Source: Vicugna vicugna
Taxonomy: Eukaryota
DNA: 64,000 nucleotides
Reading direction: 5' to 3'
NCBI GenBank assembly: GCA_013265495.1
Contig: MU063382.1
Location: forward strand, 434,001 to 498,000
Part shown: positions 1 through 12,800 of the stretch, in pieces
How the letters are laid out: each line of letters starts with the position of its first letter
Numbering within the stretch: the stretch's first letter is position 1
Notes under the pieces: model-generated
What the model was told of the DNA's origin: nothing
Databases searched by the model: none
The model's input: the letters and a program-made list of their open reading frames with translations, nothing else
Translations under genes and position numbers: made by a program

Positions 1-1170
1 GGATTACATAATTAAATGTGATAGTTGAAACTTTAGACTTTTAAAAAGCACTTAATGATCTCAGGATAGAAAAACATTTCTTCAGACAGAAAGTACAAGC
101 CATAAAGAATTGACGAATTTCACTATCTTAGTGAAAAATGTTTATCAAAAGACATACAGATAATGTGATAACCTAGCAACTGGGAAAATATTTGCATTTC
201 ATATAACCAACAAAGGAGGAAGAGTCATTATACTTAACTCCTATAATAAGAAAAAGACAAGCAACCTGATTTAAAATAATAATAATAATAATCTGGATAA
301 AAGACATGAAAATGCATTTCAGGTAAGACAGAAGAAAAATGGCTAACGTCATTTGTAATAAGGAAAATGCAGATTAAAGCCACATCTACCAGACTGGCAA
401 TAGTCAAAGTCTGATACTAATACCAATGGTTAGAAAAGCTGTACATCGCTTTTCAGTGGGCACGATCATTTAGAAAACAATTTGGCTTTATACAGTAAGA
501 TTAAAGCTGTAAGTCCTACAGCCGTTCTGTCCCTAGGTATCTACTCTGGAGAAGACCTCACGTACATGCACAGAAAATAAATACCAGAGTGCTCTCAGGG
601 AATTTTTTTTGTAATAACTAAACACTGGACACAGCTTGGGTGTCCACTGATGGGAGATTGGATTTTTTAAATGTGGGATGTTCATCGAAAGGAATGCTAT
701 TAGCAAAGAAAGCGAACAAGCCAGCCACATCTCCTTACCGTGCATAAGTCTCAGAAATTGGATGTTGACCAAGGAAAACATGTGACTATTTTCATAAAGT
801 TTGCAAGTATGAAAAAACAAACAATATATTTTTCAGGGATCCATATATATATATGATAAAACACAAGGAAGGGGAGGGTGAGCAAGGTTGCCTATGTATT
901 TTCGTACATTTCACAAGGATATCCAGCCAACAGGGTAACTGGAGCTAAAATCTAGTCCTTTATAGCTACTCCCAAACCTTTCACCCTGGTGTGAGCGGTG
1001 CATCTTCAATCCAAGGAATGGGGACCCTTCTCAAGTTTACTCAAAAACACCACATCAGGGATGGAGGTCACGTACATGGGAGTGTCAAAGGTGCTGGCGG
1101 TATTCTGTGTCTTAAGTTGGGTGGTTGTACCTAATTGGCCATGTTAGTTACATTTTGTAAGTGTACGCAT
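1..1170 (+). mobile_element. Old, degraded L1 (L1M/L1ME-like ORF2 end and 3' UTR)
   Basis: Decayed L1 motifs such as gggaaaatatttgca, aaggaaaatgcagattaaagccac, cctaggtatctactc, gggtgtccactgatggg. Confidence 0.72.
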
Positions 1171-3130
1171 TCCTGAAATACACATACACATACATACATA
1201 TATACACAACATACATAGATAACTGTATACAATGTATGCAGTTTAAATTTATGCACATATATGGAATATACAGTACTATATTTGTATAAGCTTCATATGT
1301 ATGCTGTGTGATGTGTCTTCCAGTTTTTAAAATTTGTATAAAGTATATGGCGTTACATTTTCTTTAATATGACTATTTTATTAACTAATAAAAGGAGAGT
1401 AAATAATGTATTTCTTATGGTTAATCACTGTTTCTCCTGGGGAAATAGTGTACATTTTGTATTACAGATTTATCTGCACACGTGCAACCTTGCTAGCTGG
1501 TTTGAACTGATCCTTGTCTACGGAGTGTATTTTCCCAACTCTGAGACACCAGTGCCTAACGGGCCCATCATGCAGTCTGAATGAGCTGACCCCAAGCACC
1601 CAGCACAGAGCTTATGCTACGTGAAACATCAAGTAGCTATTGTCCTTGTCGCTCTTTCTCTCTGTCTTTAAAAATATTAACACTTAGTGGTGGTTAAGAA
1701 CAATGTTTGCCTGGAAGACAAAAAGTCTTCTCAAGACAGTTGCTCAGACAGCTGCAAACGAGAGCCTGGTCGCCCTGGTCCAGATTGTCAGAGAAGCCGG
1801 GCTCTCAGCGTACAACCCAAATTCATGGAGAAGAGGGACTTCCCATGTGGAGGTCAGGGGCCTGGATGGAAGCCAGCTTCTCCCCTTGGCTGCATCCAGC
1901 TGGGCAGGCACCCCGGGGAGGTCCCTCTGAGGCCACGCCAGCACCAGCGAGAGAGCGAGGCACCCTGCCTCAGCCTCTGCTCCGTGGGGCGCTGACACCC
2001 CCACCCGTGAAGATAAATGATTGGACTGACTCTCAGAACCTTCCCTTCCCTGTACGGCTTCGTCGTCTCCGAAGGGCTTTTCACATGTGCGATCCCGTTT
2101 GTGCTTCCGAGCACTGCTGTGAAGGAGGAGAGAGGATGGCAGAGGTTAGCATCTCCGCTTCATAGGATGTCGACCCTCACGTCCCGAGCGGTGAAACGAC
2201 TCACAAAGTCACAAAGCAGGTCTTCTCGCTCCTCCTGCAGTCCTCTTCCTTCTCAGTCCGTGGAGGATTGGATTCAGGAAGAAATACAGGAGAAGCAGGG
2301 GGGAAGGAGGAAAGTCCAGGTGCCAGGTGAGGAAGGAGGGTGCAGGGAAAAGACTCACTGAGGAGCGGTGAGAGCTAGCGAGGCAGGTCCCGGCCAGAGG
2401 GCACCTCCCAGAGTGTCTCCTGGGAGCCCCGTCACCCACTCGGGGAGAGCAGATTAGAACGAGAGGCGACACTGGCCGCAGGGAAGCAGCAACCTCAGGG
2501 CTGAGCAGGCGCTCTTGAGGGTGTCTGGACTGGGAGTTGACACTTCGGTCTCCCTGTCGGAACTTCCTCTTCGTTCTCTTCTTCACTGCAGCCCCCACTG
2601 GGCAAGCAGCATCTGCCCATGTGATACTGGCTGACCAGCCCGCTCTCCGAATAGGCATCCCTGGTACCCCACGGGCATCACCCACAGCCACTGTGACCTC
2701 GGGATGGGCCAGCCGACTCAGGACCCCACCCAGCTGCCAGCATGCACACCTTGCACTGCTGGCACTAATAGAGGTCTGACACTCGGCCTGTTCGCCAGTT
2801 GGCTCCCGACTCTAATCCTTAAGTGTTGCCGCATTGCCAGTGTGAGGCTGCGTCTTCCTGTGCAACATTTTTTTGCAAAGTTCTAGCCAAGCCCTGGCAA
2901 GATGCAACTGCAGACAAGAAAAAAACAGTCTCCCCTGAGGTGGAGGTCAACATACAGTGGTGCAATTCTTGGAATCTCAAGACTGAGTTTTTTTTAAGCT
3001 AACAATTTGATCTCCATTGCCTTAGCGTAAATTGGAAATGGATACCATATCTTTAATGCTAATTAGGCATTGCGTTATTTAGTCTTCCAGGCCTCATGTA
3101 AATAACAATTAGCAATAATTTAGCTGTACG

Positions 3131-3293
3131 NNNNNNNNNNNNNNNNNNNNNNNNNNNNNNNNNNNNNNNNNNNNNNNNNNNNNNNNNNNNNNNNNNNNNN
3201 NNNNNNNNNNNNNNNNNNNNNNNNNNNNNNNNNNNNNNNNNNNNNNNNNNNNNNNNNNNNNNNNNNNNNNNNNNNNNNNNNNNNNNNNNNNNN
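3131..3293. other. N gap, 163 nt
   Basis: Run of n. Confidence 0.99.
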
Positions 3294-6165
3294 ATCAAAT
3301 AGTCTTAATGTGTAGGAACTTCGCATAATTGAAGCTAATTATGAGGTTTCCCTTGCTACTTTGAGCCTCGTGTTCAAATCCCATGAAGCTCATTAAATAA
3401 GTAACAAAACTGGAATCTTTAACACATATTGTAAGTTGGATCATGTTAATTAGCACCACACGCAAAAGGCAGCGAGAGGCCTTTTAGCAGCCCATGCTCC
3501 AGTTACAGGGAAGGGAGATGGGGAGCTTTATGGTTCTGCGGGGCTTTGAAGAAGCCAGGCCAGTGATGGGAGCGCACCCTGCTGGGAGAGTTCCTTGTGG
3601 CGTCTCAGGGGCAGAGACGGGGCCTGGAACCCCAGGCTGAGCCGCCCCCTGACTGGGCATCTCCCGCGGTCCCCATCATGCACAGAAAACACGTGAGGCG
3701 GGTGGCGGCCCAGGTACAGGGGACTCCTTACTCCAGGAGCTTGGCCCACACTTGACTCGTCTCTCTGGCCCTTGCTTTGGGCCAGTGACAGAGCTTTTCT
3801 CTTCCAGGTGGAGTGGTGAGCATGGTGGACCCCGGAGAATTCACTTGCCCCACGCAAACTGAAATTGTATACACATAAACCCATGTGTCTGTTTTAGTCA
3901 GACATATGCACCGTGCAGTAGACATATTGACGGTATTCACAGCTTCCAGCCCTGATCCTGACGAATGCCGTTCCCTTTCCCGGCACAGCTAGGTCCGTAC
4001 TCAGCTCTGCAGGCCTCGACTGAATGATGCTTAGAAATCCACTCACCTTCCGACGTGCCTCTGGGCCTCCTCTCCGTGCCTTGGAACTGTCTAGAGTCAC
4101 AGTCAAGCCCTGGGCGTGACGCTGGTGCAGGTGGATGTGGGGACGTCGATCCACGGGGCTGTTGGTTTACGTACACCCCGCTACAGGACCAGAACTCCAT
4201 AATGATATTGTTTACTGCTATTTTATGAGAAGTAGTTCTAACACTTGTTACTCTACCACTGTGACTTCTGACACTTGATGGTTTAATGAGAAAAAAGGTG
4301 TGACAGAAGATTTCCAGGCACCCAGTTGATCAGAGCTCGTGACGACCTTGGCTGTTGATGTTGACCTGATATATGTGGAGATAGAATCTTCTGGCTCTTA
4401 TGCAGTAAGCACTTCATAATCCTGAACAGCCTTCTAGCCTCAACTAAGGTCTCACTCCTAAATAAAGCAGCTCCTACTATTTATTCTAGCTCATAAAAAT
4501 CATTTTTCTGAACTCCTATAGCTGTGATTATCGATCTGAGAGCAACTTTTGCATGGTTCCACGTTGTTTGATGAGAATCTTCTGGGCAAGTCTGGTCCCC
4601 TAACCAGAGCTCTCTGTTATTCAAGCAGTCCTCATGTGTCCTCTTCCTTTAAAGTCCTGCAGTGGCTGCTGACCCAGACTGAGAGCCAAAAGTTTCCAAA
4701 AAGTCCTGATTCGTTGATTAGTTCAGCATTTAAAAGGACATCCTGGGCTCAGGATAACAATGATACTTTGGAAGAACAAAATATAATTTTAATTATTATT
4801 CGATTATTTTCAGTATGTTAATGTGATGTGATGTGAGTGGGTAGGAAGTCGAGAAGTCTGCAATCTTGATACTGACTACTAAATGATACCAGAAAAGAAC
4901 TCTGGGACGTGTGCAGTGTGTATCCATATCACTTGGGTTATTTTATTAGGTATTAATAAATTGAGAACAAGGGGCTTTGTCTACACATAGACACAATGGG
5001 AAGGAAAGTGAGACCCACCAACCCGTGGCAAGCCCTCTTACTAACTCCCCATTTTAACAGGGAAAATGATGGTTATTAGCTTGCCTGCATAGACAAAATT
5101 AGCTGCCCTGGTTAATCCAGTTTACACTGGTTGATTCAATTTGTGTATTCGGAGCCCCCAGCAGCACACACGAGGCATTTGGAGGACACAATTCCACATC
5201 ATGTGATGCTGAGTAATTGACACACCCTGCCACTGGTAGCTTACAGTCTGGTGGTTTTCTTATCAAGAGCTTGAGACTGATCGTAAAGAAATTAAACACA
5301 GCTGAAGTAAAATGTTTAACCAAGAACGAGAAAAAAAAATCAGGACACAGAAATCTTGTTAGTCTTTCTTTATTTAACCAGAGATTATACTTGGCAACAT
5401 TGTTTTGTCCATAGTCCAGTGTTTCACTATATGACGCTGATCTGTTTGCATGCCTGCCTTCCCCACTAGCGTTGGACTCTGATTTCCTTGCTGGCGTGAA
5501 CAGCAGCAGTGGCTCTTACATGGTATTTAAGCAAGAGGAATTCCATTTGGCATAAGGAAGCCTAGGCTGGGCTTTTGAGATAAAATTCTCATTGCCGGTA
5601 GAGGTTGAAACAGGAGGCTGGACTTGGTTTTTAGGGAAGCAGTGCAGACATTGAACTTGGACAGACGAGAGCACACTAGGGTTAGTAGACTCAAGTCATT
5701 CGGCAGAGGCACAGTCACGAGGGGGAAGCAGGAGGCAGGGATGAGAACCAAGCCCCGGTGGCAGAGCAGGGCAGTAGTGCGCAGCCCGGGTGCTGGGCAG
5801 CCCACGTGTTGCCCTGAGGTTTTCCGTATGTGCTCCCGGCTGGAAACAGAGAGTGGCTTGGGAGAGTAGGGAAGGGATGCGGGGGTGGTACCGGAGACCA
5901 GAGTTAGAGCCCTGTGGGTCATTACAAAGTCTGCTCCCCACCAGATCTGTTCCAAATTGATCTAAATGATACTAATACAAATTTTAAATTAAAAATATAC
6001 CTGTATGTCTTAGGCTTGAGAAGCACTTCCCTCTTACCGTTTTTCTCATTGAACACAAGAAAGAAAAAGTGGAGAGGTTGTATTAGACTATAATGAAGAC
6101 CTTAAGCAGTAACTAAGATGCTGCTAAAAATCTATATGACTGGACCTGGGGTGTACCACTGAAAT

Positions 6166-6196
6166 GCACGCGCGCACACACACACACACACACACA
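6166..6196. repeat. (CG)n(CA)n microsatellite
   Basis: gcacgcgcgcacacacacacacacacacaca. Confidence 0.95.
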
Positions 6197-6464
6197 TCCC
6201 TAGCAAACTTTGCATCAGACAGGGTGCACGCTTTGCATTTTTATCCACTTAAACGTGGTGCTGAGTTACACAGACAGCATGAGCAACAAAGATGAGGCCA
6301 GGATGTACTGAAGGACTCAACACAATGGAAGTTACGGAAGTCCACGTCCTGACTGCTTTGCAAACACGATGCTTCTTCAATATGTATGCATTTTTTTTTC
6401 ATTTATTCATTCATTCTCTGTTTGCCGAGCATCTCCTCTGAATCCACTTGCTATGTAAAAGTTT

Positions 6465-6630
6465 TTTTGGTAGGTTGCATAGCCACTCAAAGCCTTGGTC
6501 TCCCCATCCTTAAAATGAGGGCAATATTAATACCCATCTTATTGGATGTCACAAGGATTAAATTCCATTACGCCCAAAAAGCTCTTAGACCGGTGCATGG
6601 TACGAAGTAGGTGTACAAAATATGTTAGTT
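6465..6630 (+). repeat. MIR
   Basis: gccttggtctccccatccttaaaatgagggcaatattaatacccatc...aggattaaa. Confidence 0.75.
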
Positions 6631-6999
6631 GTTTTTTTGTTGCTTTTAAATGTCAGTACTCTACATGAGTAGAAAAGAGAGGGAGGCTAATGTTGGCTCA
6701 CAGCAAGAGCTTCCCAGCGGTGAGCGCTGCCCACAGGGGATGGGTGCTCGAGGAGGCGGAGAGCCACACGTCTCATCTCTGTCTGCCTCAAGCAGAGCCA
6801 GGCTTTTCAAAGTCAGGGATGTGGTTGAAGGGACTCCTCTTTGAGGAGGAGGCTGGGACAGGTGTGCTTGACAGGCTGTTCCAGCTCTGCACTCCCCGTC
6901 AGCCACAACGGGAAGGGGGTAATACTCGGATGGCACCCCGTGTGCTGGCCCACTGCCTGCTGCCTTATAGACGTGTTCTGTTTTGAGCCTTGCAAAACC

Positions 7000-7065
7000 C
7001 CTGCAATGAAGATATCGCTGTCTTCCCTTTGCAGTTCGAGAAACTGAGGCTCAGCAGAGCCAAGG
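7000..7065 (-). repeat. MIR core fragment
   Basis: ccctttgcagttcgagaaactgaggctcag. Confidence 0.6.
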
Positions 7066-7553
7066 AACGTAGTGAAGATGGCACAACTAAGAAAGAGCAA
7101 GAAGAAACGTTAGCCCCCTGAACCTGGCTCTTTCCCAGCACTGCATTTGCTTTCCGTTAACTCACCCCGAGAGTCCTCAGGAAAGTGGTCCAAGACAGAA
7201 TGAGGGCAAGGTGGGATTTTGTTTGCAGAGTTAGAGGGAGATGCTCCTCTTTGCGTCTCCAGATCTTGTGCCCCCGCCTTAAATTTAAAATGAAACAAAA
7301 CAAAACAGAAAACCCTGCCTAAAAATACATCAGATCTGACAGGTCTGACAAGCTCCCTTGGAAAATCCTCACTTCCCCACACTGATTTCTTCCTGAAAAA
7401 GCAAAGCTGCTCTATCCACTAGCTACCCTGATGAGAAACAGGCCCAAACTGAGCATTCAAGAAACTCACAGAGAATCCCCACCTTCCAGATCTGGGATCA
7501 GAACGGGACGCAGGGTGGAAGGGGTGGCAGGTGCTGAGGGCTGAGGAGGATCC

Positions 7554-7575
7554 TTTTTTTTTTTTTTTTTTTTTT
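7554..7575. repeat. T22 homopolymer
   Basis: Counted directly. Confidence 0.95.
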
Positions 7576-8940
7576 GGTGAAAGGGAAAAAATCACATTCT
7601 TGAGTCCTTCGCTGTGTTATAAACAGGGCTAAGCACACAGCATTCCTTCCGAAGCACATGGCCCGGTTTTAAGACACAGGTCCGATCTCCCCTGGAATTT
7701 TAGAACTATGCTTCCTACTCACTTGGGACTTGTTGTAATTTGTGCTGTTGATGGCGGCCAGGAATGGAAAAGTTCTTTCATTCATCTGCCCCTTTCCTTC
7801 ATCTCTCCCTCCACACCCTCTCTCTGTCTTTTATAATTACGTTTTTTAGCCTGTAAATGTTTCCAAGGGCAGCGCCAGCATTTAAGTGCTGCTTGTCATT
7901 GTCTTGTGTGGGTGGCTTCACCCGTGCACCGACAGCCTCTGGTTTTTTTGTAGCTCCTTCTCCGAAGTACCCTGGCCTTAGGGGCAGCCTCGCTGGACGA
8001 GAGAGCATTTAACTCCTTTTCTTTATGTGAAGAGGTGTTGGTCCTTTTCATCTTTTCAGGCCAGTTTAAGGAGTTGGTTGAAAAATGTGATTCTCAGAAA
8101 ACACTGGAAACTTGGCTGAAGATTAGAACCGTGGGGGCCCCTGCTCTGACTACTTCTTTGGGGACTGTGGTTCAAGATGTGGGTTGTGGGCAGGGCAGGA
8201 ATTGAAATAGGCACCTTGGTATATATGAGATGTTAATATTGAGGGATTATATTGATCCATTTAACAAATATACTGATATTTTCCGAGCCAAATGGGTACG
8301 TCCTTGTCTCAAGAGGATATACTATATTCCACAAAGCTGCCATTGCTCAAAGAACTTGGGGGATATTTCTGATTGCCTCCAGAGAATTTAGTGCATTTTT
8401 TTTTTGCATTTTTTCAATGAGAAAAAACAGTCACCCTCTGTACCCAGCACTAGTGAACCAGTATATTTTTTAGTTCCCAGTTCATCATTATTACAGGGTC
8501 CTGAGACTGACTTTCTTGGTTGACTCACAATCTGGTTTCAATGGTTCCAAACTCCAAGCGACATTTGAACAAGGACAGGATCATTGGGGTGCATGATTTG
8601 CTTCCCGTGATGACTCCCTTCCATTACAACCCATTTATGTATGTGAGTCCAGGCCTACTCGGTGGGCTGTGATCCAATTCAAGGAGCATGGCTACACTGG
8701 CAGACTCTGTAACCCAGCACCATCAGGAGCCCACCGTGTGGGCAGCGTCTGCTCCTGCACAGCTTCAAAACACGTGCTTCCCACTGTGCACACGTGAAGA
8801 AGACCCTCTCGTGCTCACAGTCAAGCCATGTTCCTGTGTGAGTCCAACAAAAGACCCCACTTCCCTTCCACATAAAATGTCCAAGGAATAGCGATGCCAT
8901 GAAAAACAGAAACTGTGGAAATCTGAAAGCCGTTTTTCTT

Positions 8941-9680
8941 TTTCTTTTTCTTTTTCTTTTATCGAGTTATAGTCAGTTTACAATTTCCAGTGTAGAGCAC
9001 AATTTTTCAGTTATACATGAACATACATATATTCATTGTCACATTCTTCTTCACCCTGAGCCACCACAAGATCTTGTATACATTTCCCTGTGCTATGCAG
9101 TATAATCTTGCTTATCTATTCTATATATGCCTGCCAGTATCTACAGATTTTGAACTCTCAGTCTGTCCCTTCCCACTCCCCTCCCCCCTGGCAACCACAA
9201 GTTTATATTCTACGTCTATGAGTCTATTTCTGTTTTGTATTTATGTTCGTTTGTCTTTTACTTTTCTTTCCTTTCCTTTTCTTTTCTTTTTAGATTCCAC
9301 ATATGAGCAATCTCATACGGTATTTTTCTTTCTCTTTCTGGCTTACTTTACTTGGAATGACAATCTCCAGGGACATCCACGTTGCTGGAAATGGTGTTAT
9401 GTTGTCTTTTTATGGCTGAATAGTATTCCATTGTATAAATGTACCACTTTTTCTTTATCCAGTCATCTGTTGATGGACATTTAGGCTCTTTCCATGTCTT
9501 GGGTACTGTAAATAGTGCTGCTATGAACATTGGGGTGCAGGTGTCTTTTTGAAGTAGGGCTCCCTCTGGATATATGCCCAGGAGTGGGATTCCTGGGTCA
9601 TAGGGTAAGTCTATTCCCAGTCTTTTGAGGAATCTTCATACTGTTTTCCACAGTGGCTGCACCAAACTGCATTCCCATCA
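8941..9680 (-). mobile_element. 5'-truncated lineage-specific L1 (ORF2 end plus 3' UTR) with 17-bp TSD
   Basis: Minus-strand ORF 9348-9530 gives MFIAALFTVPKTWKEPKCPSTDDWIKKKWYIYTMEYYSAIK, typical L1 ORF2 C-terminus. Poly-T tail at 8941. TSD tgaaagccgtttttctt (8924-8940) and tgaaagccatttttctt (9681-9697). Confidence 0.95.
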
Positions 9681-9861
9681 TGAAAGCCATTTTTCTTAAG
9701 TCTTTAAAAGGCGTTTAGTTGCACTGGGACCCAAATGGCTGTTGATATTACAAGTAAACATGGTGACTTTCTTTTAAATTTCAGGAGGAGTGACCTTTCT
9801 TAAAGTTGTGTTCATTATTATGTAGGTGTGGTAGTCTTTTGTCAAGATTGTCCCACTGGAG

Positions 9862-10101
9862 CAGTGGTTGTCACCTTGGTGCAGTTTTGTCCCCAAAGAG
9901 ACATTTATTTGGCAATGACCAGAAATATTTTCTACTGCCACACTGGGTTTGGGGAAAGAAGGAGTTCCCACTGGCACCTGGTGAGTAGAGGTCAGCGGGG
10001 CATTGCTAAATGTCCTACAAAGCACAGGACAGCCTGCCCCCAGCCCCTAAAAACAGAATTATCTGACCCAAATGCCAAGAGTGCTGAAGTTGAGAAACTA
10101 C
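9862..10101 (+). mobile_element. MER20 (hAT-Charlie non-autonomous DNA transposon)
   Basis: cagtggttgtcacc...tttggcaatg...ggcacctggtgagtagaggtcag...ctaaatgtcctacaaagcacaggacagcc...gtgctgaagttgagaaac follows the MER20 consensus end to end. Confidence 0.9.
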
Positions 10102-11713
10102 ACCAGAACAAGTCTCACCTGGTGAAAAATCAAGGCAATATATGGCTCCAGAGTGAACACAGTCCTGCAAAATACCATGTACACATGTGCCTTCTTTGAG
10201 CCAGATGTAGCACAGGGGTCAATTACTGGTTCTTTTCCGTTCATTCCTTGGAAATAGGAATGCTCCAAGTCCACGTTGCCGTTGGCATCCCGAATTCTTC
10301 TTCTGTGCCCTACGTTTGGTGCATGTGGGACTCATTTCAACCTATCCCATGCTCTGTGTGGAAGACACGCACCCCGCTTTCATCTGAGCTTTCATAATCT
10401 TCACTATTCTGTAACCAAAAGTGCATTATAGAATCAAAGGGTATTATGGCCGAAGAGGAGCCTCTGAGGATCTTACGTGCAAGGAAACAGAAACCTCGAG
10501 AATTCAGCTACCCATTTGGGTAGATCTGACGGAGCCAGACTGAGAACCGGGTCTCCTAGGATCCAACCTAGTCTCCTGGGATCCAACCTGGTGTTTGTCT
10601 CACCACCGTATTCTTACCACACCTCCTCCGTGCAGTCATCAAGAGCAACAGCCTCCGGTCGATTGTAGCCAGCTGGTAACAGACTCCTTTACATGCCTAG
10701 GCAGCAAGATCACAGGATCCACTCGAGGGCTGAGAGCGTATTTCTCTCTGCTGCTGGACCCTTCAGGGTCTCTGAACTGTGAAGCTCAATTCCCTCACTT
10801 TTCTGCTGAGATTAGAGAATGTTTTCTGTCTTCGGTTCACTCCCCGTGTCATTTTTAAAAACATCGTTAATTGCATTGGGAGCAGTCCTGATAATCTTCT
10901 CCATCATCACAGTCAGGGAACATGCCAGGAATAGAGCTGATGTGGGACAAAAGAATTTCATGGATTGTGGTTACTATTTTAAAAGTAAATAGGATGGAGA
11001 AGCCCAGTGATTGAAAAGGACTGAACAGGTTTTGCCACAGTATCTCAGCAAAGGAAATGAAACCAGCATTGTGGCAAGACTGGCACCAGCCATCATCACT
11101 ACCTGAAGGAAGATTCTATCTTAAGAATGCACAACCTCTAACCTCTGTCATTAGTTACATTTCTCCTTTGGAATTTATTAAAACAGGAGAGTTGCTGATC
11201 AACCCTTTAAAAGTTCCTCAAATGAAGATGATTTTCAAAACATTCCTAGGGCACATACATGAGAGGAGGCGTTAATAGTGATATTTCTGATGGGAAAGCT
11301 GGGCAGGAGAACACTCAGCCCCTGACGGGCACCTGGCTCAAGGCGAGGCCTCCGGGAGGGTTCTGGTCGTGGGGTCAACAGACTCCTAGTTTAGAAAGAA
11401 CATCTCGGCCACCCAGACAAGCGTCTAGAAAATGCACGGTTTATCTGGCTCAGGACTTTACACAAAACGGGAAATGTGAAATAAAACTCAGGGGAAGAGA
11501 TGCTAGAGCAACCTGCAGACCCACCAAATCAGGGGATCGGCTTTAAAACTATCCAAGGCGAGGTGCAAGCCCTCCCACCTCCAAGGGGGCTGAAAAGCTC
11601 TCTCCACCCGCCTGTTTCTCCCTTTAATCAGCGCCCCTAGTTTATACACGTATCTGTCCCTGCTAACTGGCCCTCTACCTGTCCTTTGTAGGTTTGTTCA
11701 GAGTCTTTACAGC

Positions 11714-12078
11714 GGCTTTCGTTTGCCAGAGCTGCCACAACAAAGCCCCACTCTCTGGGGGGCAGGCCCGTGCTGGTTCCCGCTGGGGGCTGTGAGTGCA
11801 GGTCGGGTCCGCGGCGGTTTCCTGGCCGACTTCAGCATCCCTTGGCTGGTAGCCCCATCGGCCGATCTCTGCCTTCAGGTGCACATGGTGCTCTCCCTAC
11901 GTGCACGTCTGAGTCCGGATTCTCCTTTTCTATCCGACACCACAGATCCCACCCTTCTGCCCTTGTGTTGATTACCTCCGTAAAGACTCTTCTCTCCAAA
12001 TAAGGCCACATTCTGAGGACCTGGGGCATGGCTAGAACTCCACTGTCTTTTGGAGGGGACACAATTCAACCTACAATG
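11714..12078 (-). mobile_element. MaLR solo LTR (MLT1B/MLT1C-like), partly deleted
   Basis: gtttgccagagctgccacaacaaag ... ccaaataaggccacattctgagg ... ggggacacaattcaacctacaa. Confidence 0.82.
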
Positions 12079-12661
12079 TCAACTCAACTCAAGGTCTCGA
12101 GGACAGGAATTGTCTTAGACTCACATGGCCTCTCCTCTCCGGATCGACTGTGCAGCATAAACCTAGTCCAGCAGTTAATCAGAGATGCTGTGTGGGGCGC
12201 GAGTACGTGGTCTGTCCAGCTCAGGGTCCGATTCCTGGTGGAGCTACAGAAGGCCGGTTTGTGGGAGAATATCACTCAAGAAGTTCCACCAAAATAGGCC
12301 CTACCCTTCCTCATTCATGAGCGGCAAAGTTGGGAAAACTCGGTGACTTCGCCATGCCACCCATAGAAGACGCAGCGTTCCGTCCCCATCAGCTCATTGC
12401 TGAGCCAACACCTGCCCCGCCCCTTCTATCTCTTCCTGAATCTGTTTGCAGTTCCGGCTCATTCCAGTCAAGGGAGCACATTTGTTTTGTGAAGTTGTTA
12501 TTTTTATCTGTCAATCTGATGTAGTAGGAGAGGACGTTCGGCAAGGGTTTCTTTTTTCATACGTCTTGTTCTGTATTCCATGAGATATATTTACTATAAA
12601 AGCATTTTGAGGGCTTACTGTTAAGATAGAACAAAAGATCTTTCGTAATGCTTAAAGTCCC

Positions 12662-12800
12662 GCTTTGTTTCTGTTGAGTTTTGGAGGGGGAGTAATTAGT
12701 TTTATTCAGTATCATGTGTTTTAACGGAGGTGCTGTGGATTGAACCCTGGGCTTCGTGCATGCCAGGCATGCGCTCTACCACTGAGCTACACCCTCCCCC
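12662..12800 (-). mobile_element. tRNA-Ala-derived SINE (camelid vic-1 type)
   Basis: Reverse complement of 12726-12800 is gggggagggtgtagctcagtggtagagcgcatgcctggcatgcacgaagcccagggttcaatccacagcacctcc (A and B boxes). Also has the gggggagtaattag 3' segment and a degenerate TSD, cttaaagtccc (12651) and cttaaaagccc (12801). Confidence 0.88.

Noticed and set aside
1687-2886. Cluster of overlapping 60-160-aa ORFs
   Set aside because: GC-rich intronic sequence with ORFs in many frames on both strands and no homology I recognise.
9348-9530. 60-aa ORF as a gene
   Set aside because: It is a decayed L1 ORF2 C-terminus inside a TSD-flanked insertion.
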